Shown here piece by piece: positions 10,564 to 21,362 of a stretch of 64,000 nucleotides of DNA (positions are counted from its first letter, which is position 1; each line of letters starts with the position of its first letter). The stretch comes from an uncultured bacterium. Lineage in GTDB: Bacteria; Chloroflexota; UBA5177; JANWHV01. The notes under the pieces were generated by a model, which was not told the origin of the DNA, ran no database searches, and saw only the letters and a list, made by a program, of their open reading frames with translations. A program made the position numbers and the translations under genes. The stretch is from positions 288,001-352,000 of the forward strand of contig CAVSOU010000007.1 in assembly GCA_963729625.1 (NCBI GenBank), read 5' to 3'.

Positions 10564-11562
10564 TCAGTCCAGGGAGGCGGCGGCTAGCGTAGACGCGCGC
10601 TGTTCCAGCAGCCCACTCGCGAGCTCAGCCGCACCTCGAAGATCATCGCCGAGATAGGTAGCAATGCCCTCGAGAGGATCGCGCAACTGGTGATCCGTTT
10701 TGAAGGGCAAGCCGCCGTAGGTCAGTATGACGGAGCCCGCTTCCGGCAAACAGCGTACCTGCAAGAGCACGTCGACCAGTCCCGACACTGAGCCTGCAAC
10801 ACTAGCTGACAGGCACACCAGCTGAGGACGCTTTCGCACGATAGCATCGGAAAGATCATCGAACGGCATGCCGGTGCCAAGGAACACAACGTGCCAACCG
10901 CGCCTCCGCAGCAGCATTGTCAGCGCGAGCGGCGGAATCTCGTGCTGGTCGTCAGGCGCCGCTCCCACCAGCGCAACTATTCTCGGGTCACTCTTGGTCG
11001 CGCTTTCAAGCAACGAAACGAGCCATGCCCGGATCATACCGCTGGCAAAGTGTTCGGCCGCGACCGACGCCCGCCCCTCTTCCCAAGCGGTGCCGATCTC
11101 GGCGAGTGCAGGCAGCAACACATCCACGAGGGCCACTTCCGGGCCTAGTAGTTGCGTCACCTCGGCAAGAATGCGCCCAGCGCTATCCTCATTCAGTTCG
11201 GTGAAGGCCCGGACGAGCGCCCCACAGAGCTCACAGCCACGGTCTGGCGCGGGCGGCGACTCGACCTCGACGGCAGCCTGAGCTTCCATGTCTTCGGCCA
11301 TCACGTACGCACATGCTCTGCCTGGTGTGAGACCGCTCATGGTCAACTCTTGGACGCGCCGGATCGTAGCGATGTCGCTCGCATCGTAGAGGCGATGCGT
11401 GCCCGCCGAACGCGACGGCCGCGGCACTCCGTACCGCCGCTCCCACGCCCGCAGCGTATGCACGTTGATTCCCGTCATCTTGGATACTACCCGGATAGGG
11501 TACAAGCCAAGCTTACCGTAACCGTCTATGCAACCGTCGGCCAGAGTACGCTCGTTTACCAT
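10564..11562 (-). CDS. CarH/LitR-like MerR regulator with cobalamin-binding domain; start uncertain
   Basis: TLRAWERRYG MerR HTH; W-x9-EH motif (WEEGRASVAAEH); DQHEI B12-binding His. Confidence 0.9.
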   Translation of the reverse strand: MVNERTLADGCIDGYGKLGLYPIRVVSKMTGINVHTLRAWERRYGVPRPSRSAGTHRLYDASDIATIRRVQELTMSGLTPGRACAYVMAEDMEAQAAVEVESPPAPDRGCELCGALVRAFTELNEDSAGRILAEVTQLLGPEVALVDVLLPALAEIGTAWEEGRASVAAEHFASGMIRAWLVSLLESATKSDPRIVALVGAAPDDQHEIPPLALTMLLRRRGWHVVFLGTGMPFDDLSDAIVRKRPQLVCLSASVAGSVSGLVDVLLQVRCLPEAGSVILTYGGLPFKTDHQLRDPLEGIATYLGDDLRGAAELASGLLEQRASTLAAASLD

Positions 11563-11685
11563 GCTGTTAAACAGATACCTGAGGGACGATCGTGAGTCAA
11601 CCTTGTGGCGTTCGGCAGAGGCAGCACGTCGCATCCAGGACAAGATCGTGCGGGTGCCGCTTGGCAACAGCGGCTCAGTCGAGCG

Positions 11686-12879
11686 CTACCCGAGCGTCGT
11701 TAGCGCGGCTTCGAGCGCCTTCGAGTCCTGCGCACGGCTATCCTCGTCGGAATCCTCCGCGAGGACGACCAGGTTGTCTCGATGGATGACTTCGTCCCCA
11801 TTATGGCGGCCGAGTATCGCTTGGATACATTCTGAATGGTTGCCTCTGATCTTGTGAGCGTCAAGCGACGAGTAGTTCGTCAAGCCGTAGGCAACCGTCT
11901 GCCCCTGTCGATCTCGTACTGCCACCGGATCGCCCTGGTCGAACTTTCCCAGCACCTGTGTCACGCCGATTGGCAGAAGGCTCCGTCCCAGGTATCGCAG
12001 AGCTCGCGATGCACCGTCGTCTACTACGACCGCACCTTTTCCACCCAGGTGGGCGCGCAGCCATCGCCGTCTCGCGTCCAGCCGATCAGCACTTGCCTGA
12101 AAGTACGTACCGATCTCTCGGGCAATCGCCCGCTGGATGGCTTGGACTTCTCTACCGTCGGCAATGACCGTGGGAATTCCGGCCGACGTTGCAAGGCGAG
12201 CAGCGCGCAGCTTGGTCACCATGCCACCGGTGCCGTGCCGCGAGCCGCTGCCACCGGCTTGGCGCTCCAGACGGGTCGTGAGGATGGGCACCTCGCGGAC
12301 CAGGGTCGCAGTGGGATCGCGTCTCGGGTCGGCGGTGTAAAGGCCGGCTATGTCGGTGAGTATCAGCAGAAGCTCCGCATCCACCAATCCAGCAACCACC
12401 GCGGAGAGCGTATCGTTGTCGCCGAATCTGAGTTCATCGGTAGCCACCACATCATTCTCGTTGATGATCGGTACAACGCGATTTCGGAGCAGTCCAAGGA
12501 GGGTGCTTCGGGCATTCAGGTATCCGTGGCGCCTACCCAGGTCCCCAGGAGACAGAAGAGCCTGTGCCACGGGAATGCGGTGATCGTTGAAAAATCGGTC
12601 GTACAGCTGCATGAGCCGGACCTGACCTATGGCCGCCAGCATCTGCCTCGCCGGAAGGTCGGGCCGATGGCGCAGGTCGGGGAATCTGGCCCGCGCCGCA
12701 GCTACGGCTCCAGACGAGACCACGACCACCTCGCTACCGGATCGATGCAGCTCAGCAAGCTGTTCCACGAGCTGGCGCATCGCTGAATGCACCAGCTCGC
12801 CCCGTTCGTTCGCCAGCAGGTTGCTGCCAAGCTTGACGACGAGGCGCTGGACGTTAATGTCCGATGCCACCGCGAGCAA
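11686..12879 (-). CDS. proB: Glutamate 5-kinase with PUA domain
   Basis: VVKLGS, VSSGAV, INENDVV, FGDNDTL, GTGGMVTKL, VIHRDNLV. Confidence 0.97.
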   Translation of the reverse strand: MLAVASDINVQRLVVKLGSNLLANERGELVHSAMRQLVEQLAELHRSGSEVVVVSSGAVAAARARFPDLRHRPDLPARQMLAAIGQVRLMQLYDRFFNDHRIPVAQALLSPGDLGRRHGYLNARSTLLGLLRNRVVPIINENDVVATDELRFGDNDTLSAVVAGLVDAELLLILTDIAGLYTADPRRDPTATLVREVPILTTRLERQAGGSGSRHGTGGMVTKLRAARLATSAGIPTVIADGREVQAIQRAIAREIGTYFQASADRLDARRRWLRAHLGGKGAVVVDDGASRALRYLGRSLLPIGVTQVLGKFDQGDPVAVRDRQGQTVAYGLTNYSSLDAHKIRGNHSECIQAILGRHNGDEVIHRDNLVVLAEDSDEDSRAQDSKALEAALTTLG

Positions 12880-12912
12880 CCTTTAGCAAGACTCGCGCAA
12901 CCAAACCAATCA

Positions 12913-14445
12913 CTATGAGATTCCAGGCCACATTGAAAGGTACGTCCAACATGCCGACCCAGCGAACAGAGCCAGGGCTAGAATACCCACGGTGAAGCAT
13001 AGCACGGCGACGTTGCCAAGCGGAACAAAGAACCGCTGCAGCGTCAGAGTATCCTGGTCGCGCACCGTCAGACTGACGGGCACGCTCCAGGTATTGCCGC
13101 CACCATGGACGCGCACCGCACCGTGATGGACCCCCGGCGGCGGGCTCTGCCACATCAGGCCAACGGTAAGGTCGAGCCTATCTCGCGGCTCTAGCCAGGC
13201 TGCCGGCCGATCCGGCCGAAGCCAGGGTACGTCGGCATCGAACGTGCAAAGCAGGCGCGTGGTGGTCCGGTTCTTTATGCGAACCGTGCGCCGATCGATG
13301 CTCGTGCGCACGACGTTATTCGAGCAGGCAATCACCAGGTCGCTTGGTCGCAGTCTGATGCTTCGATAGCCAACATGCACTGCGCTGCCGTCCGCCGAAT
13401 TCACGACCGCAGGCATCTGGCCCCTGAACGCGTGTCCAGCCATCACACCTGAACCGGTATGTGACCGCGCAAGCGAACCGGAGATGGTCAGCGGCGACGT
13501 ATCGGCAATTGGGGTCGCGTGGAGCACTCGACGCATGTCGGCGGCAGTGCCATGGCGACCTCGTGGGTCCAGCACCAGCGACCGGTCGATGGCGGATGCG
13601 ACCATAGGACTGATAGCAGGCGCGAGCGTACCCACTGGAGGAAAGTCGAAGGGGCGGTTCTTTCGCGGATCGCGACCGGTAAGCAAGTGGTGCATCGTGG
13701 CGCCCAGGGCGTACAAGTCGCTCGCCGGCTCGGCGAGACCCTGGTACTGCTCAGGAGGAGCGTAACCGGGAGTACCTATTGCCGTCCCTTGCGATTGCTG
13801 AGTGAATACGCGCGCGATACCAAAGTCAATAAGCCGGACCTGTCCCTGAGGCGTGAGCATAAGGTTCGCCGGTTTGAGGTCGCGAAAGATCAGCGGATCG
13901 GTTCGACCATGCAAGTAGCTCAGCACCTCGAGCACCTGATCCGCCCATCCGACGACCTGGCGTTCGGGCAGGCCGGGAGTGCCTTCATCCAGCATGACCT
14001 GTTCGAGTGAGCGTCCTTCGACGTAGTCCATCACCAGGTAGTGCCGCATACCTTCGCTAAAGGTATCGTGTATCTGCGGAATCGCCGGGTGCTGCAGGCT
14101 CATGAGAGTCTCGCCCTCGCGCTGAAACCACGTCTCTGCCTCGACGCGCTCCCGCGGCGTGCCCCAGTTCTGAAGAAGCTCCTTGAGCGCTCGCGGGCGT
14201 CCGCCGATCCGCATATCCTCGGCACGGTACACCGCGCCCATCGACCCGGCTGCAAGGGCTTCGACAATGCGATAGCGGCCACTGAGCACGGTCCCTGGCG
14301 GTAGGGGCACGAAACTTGGCGCGAGTGTCGCGCCTGGGGCCGGCGGCGGAACAGGTTGCTCGCGCACGAGGCGCATGCCGCAGTTGCCGCAAAACATCGC
14401 GGTAGCGGCCACGCTGCCACAGGAGGGGCACCGAATAGTGCTCAT
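12913..14445 (-). CDS. Hanks-type Ser/Thr kinase with N-terminal zinc ribbon, Ig-like segment and C-terminal TM
   Basis: CPSC...CGNC; FRDLKPAN, IDFGIAR, GTPGYAPPEQ. Confidence 0.93.
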   Translation of the reverse strand: MSTIRCPSCGSVAATAMFCGNCGMRLVREQPVPPPAPGATLAPSFVPLPPGTVLSGRYRIVEALAAGSMGAVYRAEDMRIGGRPRALKELLQNWGTPRERVEAETWFQREGETLMSLQHPAIPQIHDTFSEGMRHYLVMDYVEGRSLEQVMLDEGTPGLPERQVVGWADQVLEVLSYLHGRTDPLIFRDLKPANLMLTPQGQVRLIDFGIARVFTQQSQGTAIGTPGYAPPEQYQGLAEPASDLYALGATMHHLLTGRDPRKNRPFDFPPVGTLAPAISPMVASAIDRSLVLDPRGRHGTAADMRRVLHATPIADTSPLTISGSLARSHTGSGVMAGHAFRGQMPAVVNSADGSAVHVGYRSIRLRPSDLVIACSNNVVRTSIDRRTVRIKNRTTTRLLCTFDADVPWLRPDRPAAWLEPRDRLDLTVGLMWQSPPPGVHHGAVRVHGGGNTWSVPVSLTVRDQDTLTLQRFFVPLGNVAVLCFTVGILALALFAGSACWTYLSMWPGIS

Positions 14446-14918
14446 GTGACCGCCCTAGCCCAAGCACACCCGGTAACTGGAGTTACGCACATACCAAAGT
14501 AGCCCCACCAGTCCGTCAGATACCGTTTCCGATGAAATGCAGCCCAGGGCGCCCCGCGTCATTACCTGTCTGGTCTGTGCGATATGCTACGAATACCCTG
14601 ATTGCTTCTCCTGTTCTCTGATGGTACGACATCCACGCCTTCGTGCGAAGTACCCTCTAACCTCCCGTTACGGACGTCTTGCCTTGAGCGCGCGACTGAT
14701 ACAGACATGAACCTGCCGTCCACTTGGCGGCACGGAGACGCGTGGCCCGGTCGCCCGGTCCTTCGGCAGACGCGGATCCGTACGACGCCGTATGCTAGCA
14801 TGATCAGGGAAGCGTTGCACGGGGCCGCCTGTAGTCTGGGCGCGGCGCCACAAGCTGGGCTTCAGGTCCATGTGCAGGCATGCGCGTCACCTGAAACGGT
14901 CATCGTACGTTCACACTG

Positions 14919-15857
14919 ATGGTTCCCGGTTACTCGCGTGGTGCTTTCGCGCCACGCAGCGAGGAGAACGAATTGCGGCGATCCGCCTCAACGCTCCTGG
15001 CGGCAATCGCCGCTGCGTCCGTCATTGCCTGCTCCGCGCTACCCGGCCGATGGGTACGCGGAGCCGACGCGGCGAACGACGGCGTGCCGGTCTACGGCGC
15101 GATCGGCGAGCCGCTCAAGCTGCCGGTAGTCTTGCCGAATCGTGTGCTCGGCATCCCCATCTTGATGTATCACCATGTGAGCTCTGCTCCCGCGGCTACG
15201 GCACTCAATTATGGGCTGACGGTCACCGACGGAGATTTTGAGGCGCAGCTGGCGTATCTCCGCGCTCATGGGTTCCACACCATTTCGTTGGCTCAAGTGT
15301 TTGGCGCGCTCTATCGCGACCAGCGCCTCCCGAGCAGGCCGATCGTGCTTTCGTTTGACGATGGCTATCGCGATAACTACACGGATGCGTTGCCCCTAAT
15401 GCAGAAGTTTGGCGCCCGCGGGGAGTTCAACATCATCAGCAGCTACGTCGGGCTGACGCTCGGCGTGAACAGCTACATGGATTGGAGCCAGCTCAAAGCA
15501 CTTGTCGCCGCCGGGATGGAGATCGGCTCCCATACGGTCGACCATCAAGATCTCGGTCTGCTGCCGATCGTCAAGGTCCGGTTTGAGCTTCGCGACTCCC
15601 GCAATGTCCTGCAGCAGATGTTGTCAGTGCCTGTACAGTTCCTTGCGTACCCGTCCGGCCAGCCGTTCGCACGTGGCGATCGCGCTCAAGAACAGGTTGT
15701 GCTGTCCCTCCTGCCTCAATACGGCTACGTTGGGGCACTCCTGGACGGGCCGCTAGACACAGGCAGACAGGACGCGCGCCAGCCTTTCCAACTCCAGCGA
15801 ATCAGAGTAGCGGGTGGCGAGGGCCTCGCCGCTTTCGTCGCCTCCTTGCGGAGCTAG
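14919..15857 (+). CDS. Secreted polysaccharide deacetylase (NodB/CE4)
   Basis: PILMYHHV, LSFDDGY, GSHTVDH, LAYPSG. Confidence 0.92.
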   Translation: MVPGYSRGAFAPRSEENELRRSASTLLAAIAAASVIACSALPGRWVRGADAANDGVPVYGAIGEPLKLPVVLPNRVLGIPILMYHHVSSAPAATALNYGLTVTDGDFEAQLAYLRAHGFHTISLAQVFGALYRDQRLPSRPIVLSFDDGYRDNYTDALPLMQKFGARGEFNIISSYVGLTLGVNSYMDWSQLKALVAAGMEIGSHTVDHQDLGLLPIVKVRFELRDSRNVLQQMLSVPVQFLAYPSGQPFARGDRAQEQVVLSLLPQYGYVGALLDGPLDTGRQDARQPFQLQRIRVAGGEGLAAFVASLRS

Positions 15858-15896
15858 CGACAAGCTGCCGCGGGATTTCCAGGTTATCAGCAAGAA

Positions 15897-18350
15897 TTAC
15901 GCCCGCTGGGCCGGCTCGAGCACGAGTCGTCCTCCCAGTTCACGCCGCACGTCCCCAGGAGCAAGCGACATTGGGTGGTATCGACCTGCCTTCCACGCCA
16001 CGAGCATATCGTCGTAGTGCTCGCTTGCTACGTGCCCAGATTGCCCGGTTGCGTGCATCGAGATGCACCGCGGAAGGTCGCCCATGTCGACGATCTGCCT
16101 GTACGATGAGGCCCAGCCGTTGCTGTCGAACGGGCTGTGCAGGGGAAGACACGCGGCCGCGACCGTGTTGTCGTCCCCTCCCATCTCCACGGGACCCAGA
16201 TTAAGCCAGCGAGCGAGCAGCGGCCGTGTGCCGAGTACATGGGCGAAACCTAGCTGATTGAGGCGTCCCCATCGCCAGCCGGATATGTCCGGTCCCAAGC
16301 GCCTGGTCAGGAATGCAAGCGTACCGGTAAAAGATCGACGGATGACGGCGTCCCATGAGCAATCTTGCGCGCCAAGTCGTTTGAACCAGCCGTCTTCGTG
16401 TCTTCGCGCCAGGTCATAGACGAATGGGATCGCTCTCGTGAAGAACCCGTTGCGGGGGGTTTGCGGTGATGACCCCGAGCCAAGATAGGTTTCAGTAAGG
16501 TCGCCAAGTACAGGCTCGAACACCGCCCGCAGCAGGTGATGCTGAAACGCGAGTGCAATACACCCTCCAACGGAGTCGGCAGTGAGATAGCCGTCCCATT
16601 CTCGTACCCTGGCAAGCGCACTGATTTCCAGGACAGTGCCTGGAGTTATGGCTCCAAGAAGTTCGGTCGCGTCCCGACCGGGCAATGAATAGAGGTCGAG
16701 CTGGATCTGCTGGAAATCTTCCACCGTCAGGCCGGTCCGGCTGCCGAGCAAATCGGTGATGCGCCGGGCCCGATAGCCGGGTAGCCACTCGTAACCGAGG
16801 TGGTATGGATAATTGGCCCCGACCAGGCGGTTGTTGGCGGTGACTACCTGGTGGGTATTGGGATTATGCGAATGCGGCAGGGTGTCGAATGGCACGTACC
16901 CCGTCCATTCGTATTCGCCGGTCCAGCCCGGCACCGGAAGCGTCCCATCACCCTTAGATCGAATTGGAACAGTGCCCGCGGCATGGTAACCGATATCACC
17001 GTCGACGTGCGCGCAGATGAAGTTCATGCACGGAGCGGTCCACAGGCGTAGGGCGTCTACGAAGGCGTTCCAGGTCTCGGCCCGGTTTATAGCAAGCGCT
17101 GCATCCGCGACGTTCCCTGGCTCAAGCGCTGTCCAGCGCAGCGCTATACCGCGGTGGCCAGGGTCGATCACAGGACTAATGATCGGACCGTGGTGCGTGA
17201 CAAGCACGTTCTCGACAACTGGGAACGACCTCCCCTGCACCTCGATTCTCTCGCGGACTACTGTTCCATCGCGCCAGCCGCCCTCGAAAAGGTATTGTCC
17301 AGCGTGGTCCGGGTTGACCTGCTCGATAACAAGATCCTGGGTGTCGATGAATGACGCCGTGATACCCCAGCTGATGTGTTCATTGTGGCCGATGAGCACG
17401 CCAGGCGTACCAGCGAGTCCGGCACCTGTGACAACCATGCCCGGACCGGTCAGCTCGACCTCATACCAGACTGAGGGCACTTGAATGCCGAGATGCGGAT
17501 CGTTCGCTAGCATCGGCTTGCCGGAGGCAGTCCTGGTACCGTCGACCACCCAACTATTACTGAATCCGCCAAGACCGATACCGGTGCCGGCTAGAAACGG
17601 CTCCAGCTCGGCATAGGCGTCAAACAGTCCCGAGGTTAGCAACGGCGATGCGAGCTCCCCAGGAACCACCAGCGGATGCTTCGTGCCAGCCCATGGTTCC
17701 AGAGCCGCGGCTCGCACCGGCCCAACCTTTTCCACGAGTGACGCACGCACTACTTCGCTGGTCCAGTTTGAGCTGAGGCCGAAGGCCAGCACCTTTCCGA
17801 TCACCAGCGTGTCGACGACGTCCCAGGGCTCGGGTCGCCAGCGGAACAGTGCAGGCCGCAGGAGGCGTAACAGCTCAAACTCGACAGGCGACTTTCCTCG
17901 AGCATGCGACATGTGGAAATTTACCCCGCGCGTGTAGGCTTCAAGTGCGCCGCGGACGGCTGGCGCGAGAAGCGCGACCTCACGCTCGGCCACGCGACGC
18001 AACCCGATGCGACGCATGAACCTGTCGGCCCGGACCGTGGTCTCTCCAAATAGCTCGGAGAGCCTCCCCGAGCCGACGCGACGAAAGAGCTCCATCTGCC
18101 ACAAGCGGTCCTGGGCATGCACGAATCCATTTCCGAAAATGAGGTCATCCGCCTGCGATGCGACGATATGTGGAATGCCCCAAGCGTCGCGATCGATCGT
18201 GACGACACTTTGTAGGCCCGGTACAGAGACCGTACCCGCGGTGTCGGGCAGGGAGCCGGCAACCATTCGCTTGATACCTGCCGTGCCTAAGCCTGCCACC
18301 GTCGCCGCCGTGACAGCCACGGAACCCGCTGCTCGCACCCACGATGCCAT
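15897..18350 (-). CDS. Penicillin acylase family Ntn hydrolase (peptidase S45)
   Basis: RDAWGIPHI, HAQDRLWQM, SNSWVV nucleophile Ser, LANDPHL, GQSGH; GGAGG RBS. Confidence 0.95.
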   Translation of the reverse strand: MASWVRAAGSVAVTAATVAGLGTAGIKRMVAGSLPDTAGTVSVPGLQSVVTIDRDAWGIPHIVASQADDLIFGNGFVHAQDRLWQMELFRRVGSGRLSELFGETTVRADRFMRRIGLRRVAEREVALLAPAVRGALEAYTRGVNFHMSHARGKSPVEFELLRLLRPALFRWRPEPWDVVDTLVIGKVLAFGLSSNWTSEVVRASLVEKVGPVRAAALEPWAGTKHPLVVPGELASPLLTSGLFDAYAELEPFLAGTGIGLGGFSNSWVVDGTRTASGKPMLANDPHLGIQVPSVWYEVELTGPGMVVTGAGLAGTPGVLIGHNEHISWGITASFIDTQDLVIEQVNPDHAGQYLFEGGWRDGTVVRERIEVQGRSFPVVENVLVTHHGPIISPVIDPGHRGIALRWTALEPGNVADAALAINRAETWNAFVDALRLWTAPCMNFICAHVDGDIGYHAAGTVPIRSKGDGTLPVPGWTGEYEWTGYVPFDTLPHSHNPNTHQVVTANNRLVGANYPYHLGYEWLPGYRARRITDLLGSRTGLTVEDFQQIQLDLYSLPGRDATELLGAITPGTVLEISALARVREWDGYLTADSVGGCIALAFQHHLLRAVFEPVLGDLTETYLGSGSSPQTPRNGFFTRAIPFVYDLARRHEDGWFKRLGAQDCSWDAVIRRSFTGTLAFLTRRLGPDISGWRWGRLNQLGFAHVLGTRPLLARWLNLGPVEMGGDDNTVAAACLPLHSPFDSNGWASSYRQIVDMGDLPRCISMHATGQSGHVASEHYDDMLVAWKAGRYHPMSLAPGDVRRELGGRLVLEPAQRA

Positions 18351-18438
18351 GTGGACCTCCTTCTTCCCTTCCACGCTAATCGTTCATCCTGCCGTCAGTC
18401 AAGAGAGACACGCCACAAGGCTGTGTTACACTGAAGAT

Positions 18439-19173
18439 GTGAGCACAGTCACCACGACCGTCCCGATTCGAGAACGGCTCGATGCGGTTCAGCGGCGAAT
18501 CGATCGCGCGGCAAGTATCGCGGGCCGTAGTTCCGCCGGAGTGACGCTGATTGCGGTGACCAAGACGGTCGCTCTTGAAGGAGTCCGCGAAGCAATCCTG
18601 GCTGGAGTACACGACTTCGGGGAGAATCGAGTACAGGACCTGGTGCATCGGATGGCTGGCGCGCAGGACCTCGGGCCCTGCCGGTGGCATCTCATCGGGC
18701 ATCTGCAGCGTAACAAGGCAAAGAAGGCAGTACGCGTGGGCAGCATCATTCACTCGGTCGACTCGTTGGAACTGGCCCGCCTGGTCGGTTCGGAGGCAGC
18801 GCTCGTAGGGCGAACCGTCGACGTGTTCGCTCAGATAAACATCAGCGGTGAGCGGTCGAAGTTCGGGTTCAGTTCGAGTGAACTGATCGAGCACGCGGGC
18901 GATCTGGCGATGATTCCTTTCCTGCGCTGGCGAGGCCTGATGACGATCGCGCCGGAGCGTGCCGAGCAGCGCGAACTGCATTCGATGTTCGCGGACCTGC
19001 GTGTACTGCGGAACACATTGACAACGAAGTTCGACCCCGCGACATGGGACTCGCTGTCAATGGGCATGAGCAACGATTTCGAGATCGCCGTCGAAGAGGG
19101 CGCAACACACGTACGAGTCGGACGCGCGATCTTCGGCGACCGGCCCGCAGTACCGACTGGCGGATACCTATGA
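18439..19173 (+). CDS. yggS: PLP homeostasis protein, YggS family
   Basis: LIAVTK, FGENRVQ, WHLIGHLQRNK, LSMGMSNDFEIAVEEGATHVRVG. Confidence 0.96.
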   Translation: MSTVTTTVPIRERLDAVQRRIDRAASIAGRSSAGVTLIAVTKTVALEGVREAILAGVHDFGENRVQDLVHRMAGAQDLGPCRWHLIGHLQRNKAKKAVRVGSIIHSVDSLELARLVGSEAALVGRTVDVFAQINISGERSKFGFSSSELIEHAGDLAMIPFLRWRGLMTIAPERAEQRELHSMFADLRVLRNTLTTKFDPATWDSLSMGMSNDFEIAVEEGATHVRVGRAIFGDRPAVPTGGYL

Positions 19174-19445
19174 GCACCGTAACTATCGGGCAGTTCATTG
19201 GGCAGTTTGTTCTCGTCACAAGCCAGATCCTGTTTTGGGCCATTCTTCTTCGAGCGTGCCTGAGCTGGTTTGCCGTGGACACGCGCGCGTCGGGTGCGGG
19301 CCGCTTGCTGGACGATGTCACCGAGCCGATTATGGCTCCCCTGCGGCGCATTATTCCGCCCATAGGCAGTATCGACGTGTCGCCGCTGGTCGCGATGCTG
19401 CTGATCCAATTTGCCGGGAACATCATCGCCGGCCAGCTTCATTAA
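19170..19445 (+). CDS. yggT: YggT-family membrane protein
   Basis: VTEPIMAPLRRIIPPIGSIDVSPLVA; follows yggS. Confidence 0.92.
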   Translation: MSTVTIGQFIGQFVLVTSQILFWAILLRACLSWFAVDTRASGAGRLLDDVTEPIMAPLRRIIPPIGSIDVSPLVAMLLIQFAGNIIAGQLH

Positions 19446-19465
19446 CTCCTGTCAGGGTGTCATTT

Positions 19466-20737
19466 GTGAGCTTTCAGACCCTCAAGGGTATGCGGGACCT
19501 TCTGCCGGAAGCCTGGCCGGTCTGGGACAAGGTTCTGGACAACGCCCGGCATATTGCCGAGATCTACGGGTATCGCCGAGTCAGCACGCCAATCCTCGAG
19601 CCAACCGCGCTATTCGCGCGCGGGGTAGGCGAAATCACTGACATCGTACAAAAGGAGATGTACACCTTCGAGGATCGAGATCGGTCATCCGTGACGATGA
19701 AGCCGGAAGGCACTGCCGGTGTCGTGCGAGCCTACCTCGAGCACGGGATGTTCACCGCTCCCCAGCCCGTGAAGCTGTACTATCTCGCGGAGCCGACGTT
19801 CCGGCACGAGAAACCGCAAGAGGGGAGGTTGCGCCAGCACCACCAATTCGGCTGCGAGGCGCTGGGTGAGATGAGCCCGCAGGTCGACGCCGAGCTCATC
19901 GCCATGGCATCGCAGTTCTACCAGACAATCGGGCTCGGCCACCTCTCATTGCAGTTGAACAGCATCGGCGACCGCGACTGCCGCCCGGCGTACCTTGACC
20001 GCCTGCGCTCGTACTATCATCCGCTACACGACGAGCTTTGCGACGAGTGCAGGCAGCGCCTGGCACGCAACCCGATGCGCCTCCTGGACTGCAAGAAGCC
20101 GCGCTGCCAGGAGCTGGCTGCCCAAGCGCCGCATATGGTTGACTTCCTCTGCGACGCCTGTCGCGACCATTGGCAAACGTTGCTGGTCACGCTTGACTCC
20201 ATCGCCGAGCCATATGCCATCAACTACACCCTGGTGCGTGGATTCGACTACTATACCAAAACCGTCTTTGAGTTCTGGCCAGCCGTACAAGGTAGCCAGA
20301 GCACTGTCGGGGGCGGGGGACGCTACGATCTTCTCGCCGAGATGATCGGCGGCCGCGCTACCCCAGGTATAGGCTTTGCCACGGGCATCGAACGCATTAT
20401 CAAGACCATGCAGAACGAGGGCGTGGCGCAGCCTGCCCAATACACGTGCCAGGCATATGTGGTCGGGCTGGGCGATCAAGGGCATCGCGCTGCGTTTCTC
20501 CTGGCGCAACGTCTCCGCACCGCGGGCGTTGTCACCGGAGTGGGTACGCCTGGACGCAGTCTGAAGGCCCAGATGCGATCGGCAAACGAGAGCGGATCTC
20601 GCTTTGCCCTGATCGTCGGCGAGAATGAGATTGCAGCGGGCACCATACAGACCAAGGACCTCCTGAGCCACACGGAGGAGCCGGTGGCCGACTCTGCCAT
20701 TGTCTCCTATATGGCCAGACTGCTCGAGACAAAGTAG
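19466..20737 (+). CDS. hisS: Histidine--tRNA ligase
   Basis: KGMRD, KEMYTF, PEGTA, LVRGFDYY, GGGRYD, GFATGIER. Confidence 0.97.
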   Translation: MSFQTLKGMRDLLPEAWPVWDKVLDNARHIAEIYGYRRVSTPILEPTALFARGVGEITDIVQKEMYTFEDRDRSSVTMKPEGTAGVVRAYLEHGMFTAPQPVKLYYLAEPTFRHEKPQEGRLRQHHQFGCEALGEMSPQVDAELIAMASQFYQTIGLGHLSLQLNSIGDRDCRPAYLDRLRSYYHPLHDELCDECRQRLARNPMRLLDCKKPRCQELAAQAPHMVDFLCDACRDHWQTLLVTLDSIAEPYAINYTLVRGFDYYTKTVFEFWPAVQGSQSTVGGGGRYDLLAEMIGGRATPGIGFATGIERIIKTMQNEGVAQPAQYTCQAYVVGLGDQGHRAAFLLAQRLRTAGVVTGVGTPGRSLKAQMRSANESGSRFALIVGENEIAAGTIQTKDLLSHTEEPVADSAIVSYMARLLETK

Positions 20738-20744
20738 CCTGCCA

Positions 20745-21362
20745 GTGCTTGCCATCGTCGACTACGACGCAGGAAACCTTCGCAGCGTGGTGCGGGCGGT
20801 CGAGCACGCCGGCGGCGTGCCAACCATAGCTGTCGATCCGCGCGAGGTTCTGCGTGCCACAGCGGTCATCTTGCCTGGTGTGGGCTCGGCGCAGCAGGCC
20901 ATGGGGCGGCTCGCGCACCTCGGCATGGACGATGCCCTGAAGACAATCGCCGATCGCGGCGTGCCGCTGCTCGGCGTGTGCCTCGGACTGCAGGTTCTGC
21001 TCGGCCACAGCGATGAAGGCGGCCCGGACGGCACGCGGTGTCTGGACATCGTGCCAGGCACCGTGCAGCGCTTTCCCGAGGGCCGCAAGGTACCGCACAT
21101 GGGCTGGAATACTGTCGAGTTTCGCCGCCAATCGGCGCTGTTCGATGGAATCAGCGATGGCAGCTACTTCTACTTCGTGCACTCCTATTACGCCGTTCCC
21201 CCCGCCGACACGATCTATGGCGTGACCGAGTTCTTCGGCTCCTTCTGCTCCGTGCTTGCCCACAAGAACGTCGTCGCCACACAGTTTCATCCTGAAAAGA
21301 GCGGCGTGGATGGTCTGCGGATATACGCGAATTTTCTTCGCATGGCCGGCCAATGCTCCTGA
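20745..21362 (+). CDS. hisH: Imidazole glycerol phosphate synthase, glutaminase subunit
   Basis: DYDAGN, LPGVG, GVCLGLQ, VPHMGWN, QFHPEKS. Confidence 0.97.
   Translation: MLAIVDYDAGNLRSVVRAVEHAGGVPTIAVDPREVLRATAVILPGVGSAQQAMGRLAHLGMDDALKTIADRGVPLLGVCLGLQVLLGHSDEGGPDGTRCLDIVPGTVQRFPEGRKVPHMGWNTVEFRRQSALFDGISDGSYFYFVHSYYAVPPADTIYGVTEFFGSFCSVLAHKNVVATQFHPEKSGVDGLRIYANFLRMAGQCS

Noticed and set aside
14600-14800. 6S RNA or riboswitch
   Set aside because: Some hairpins, but no long rod fold or family consensus could be established by eye.
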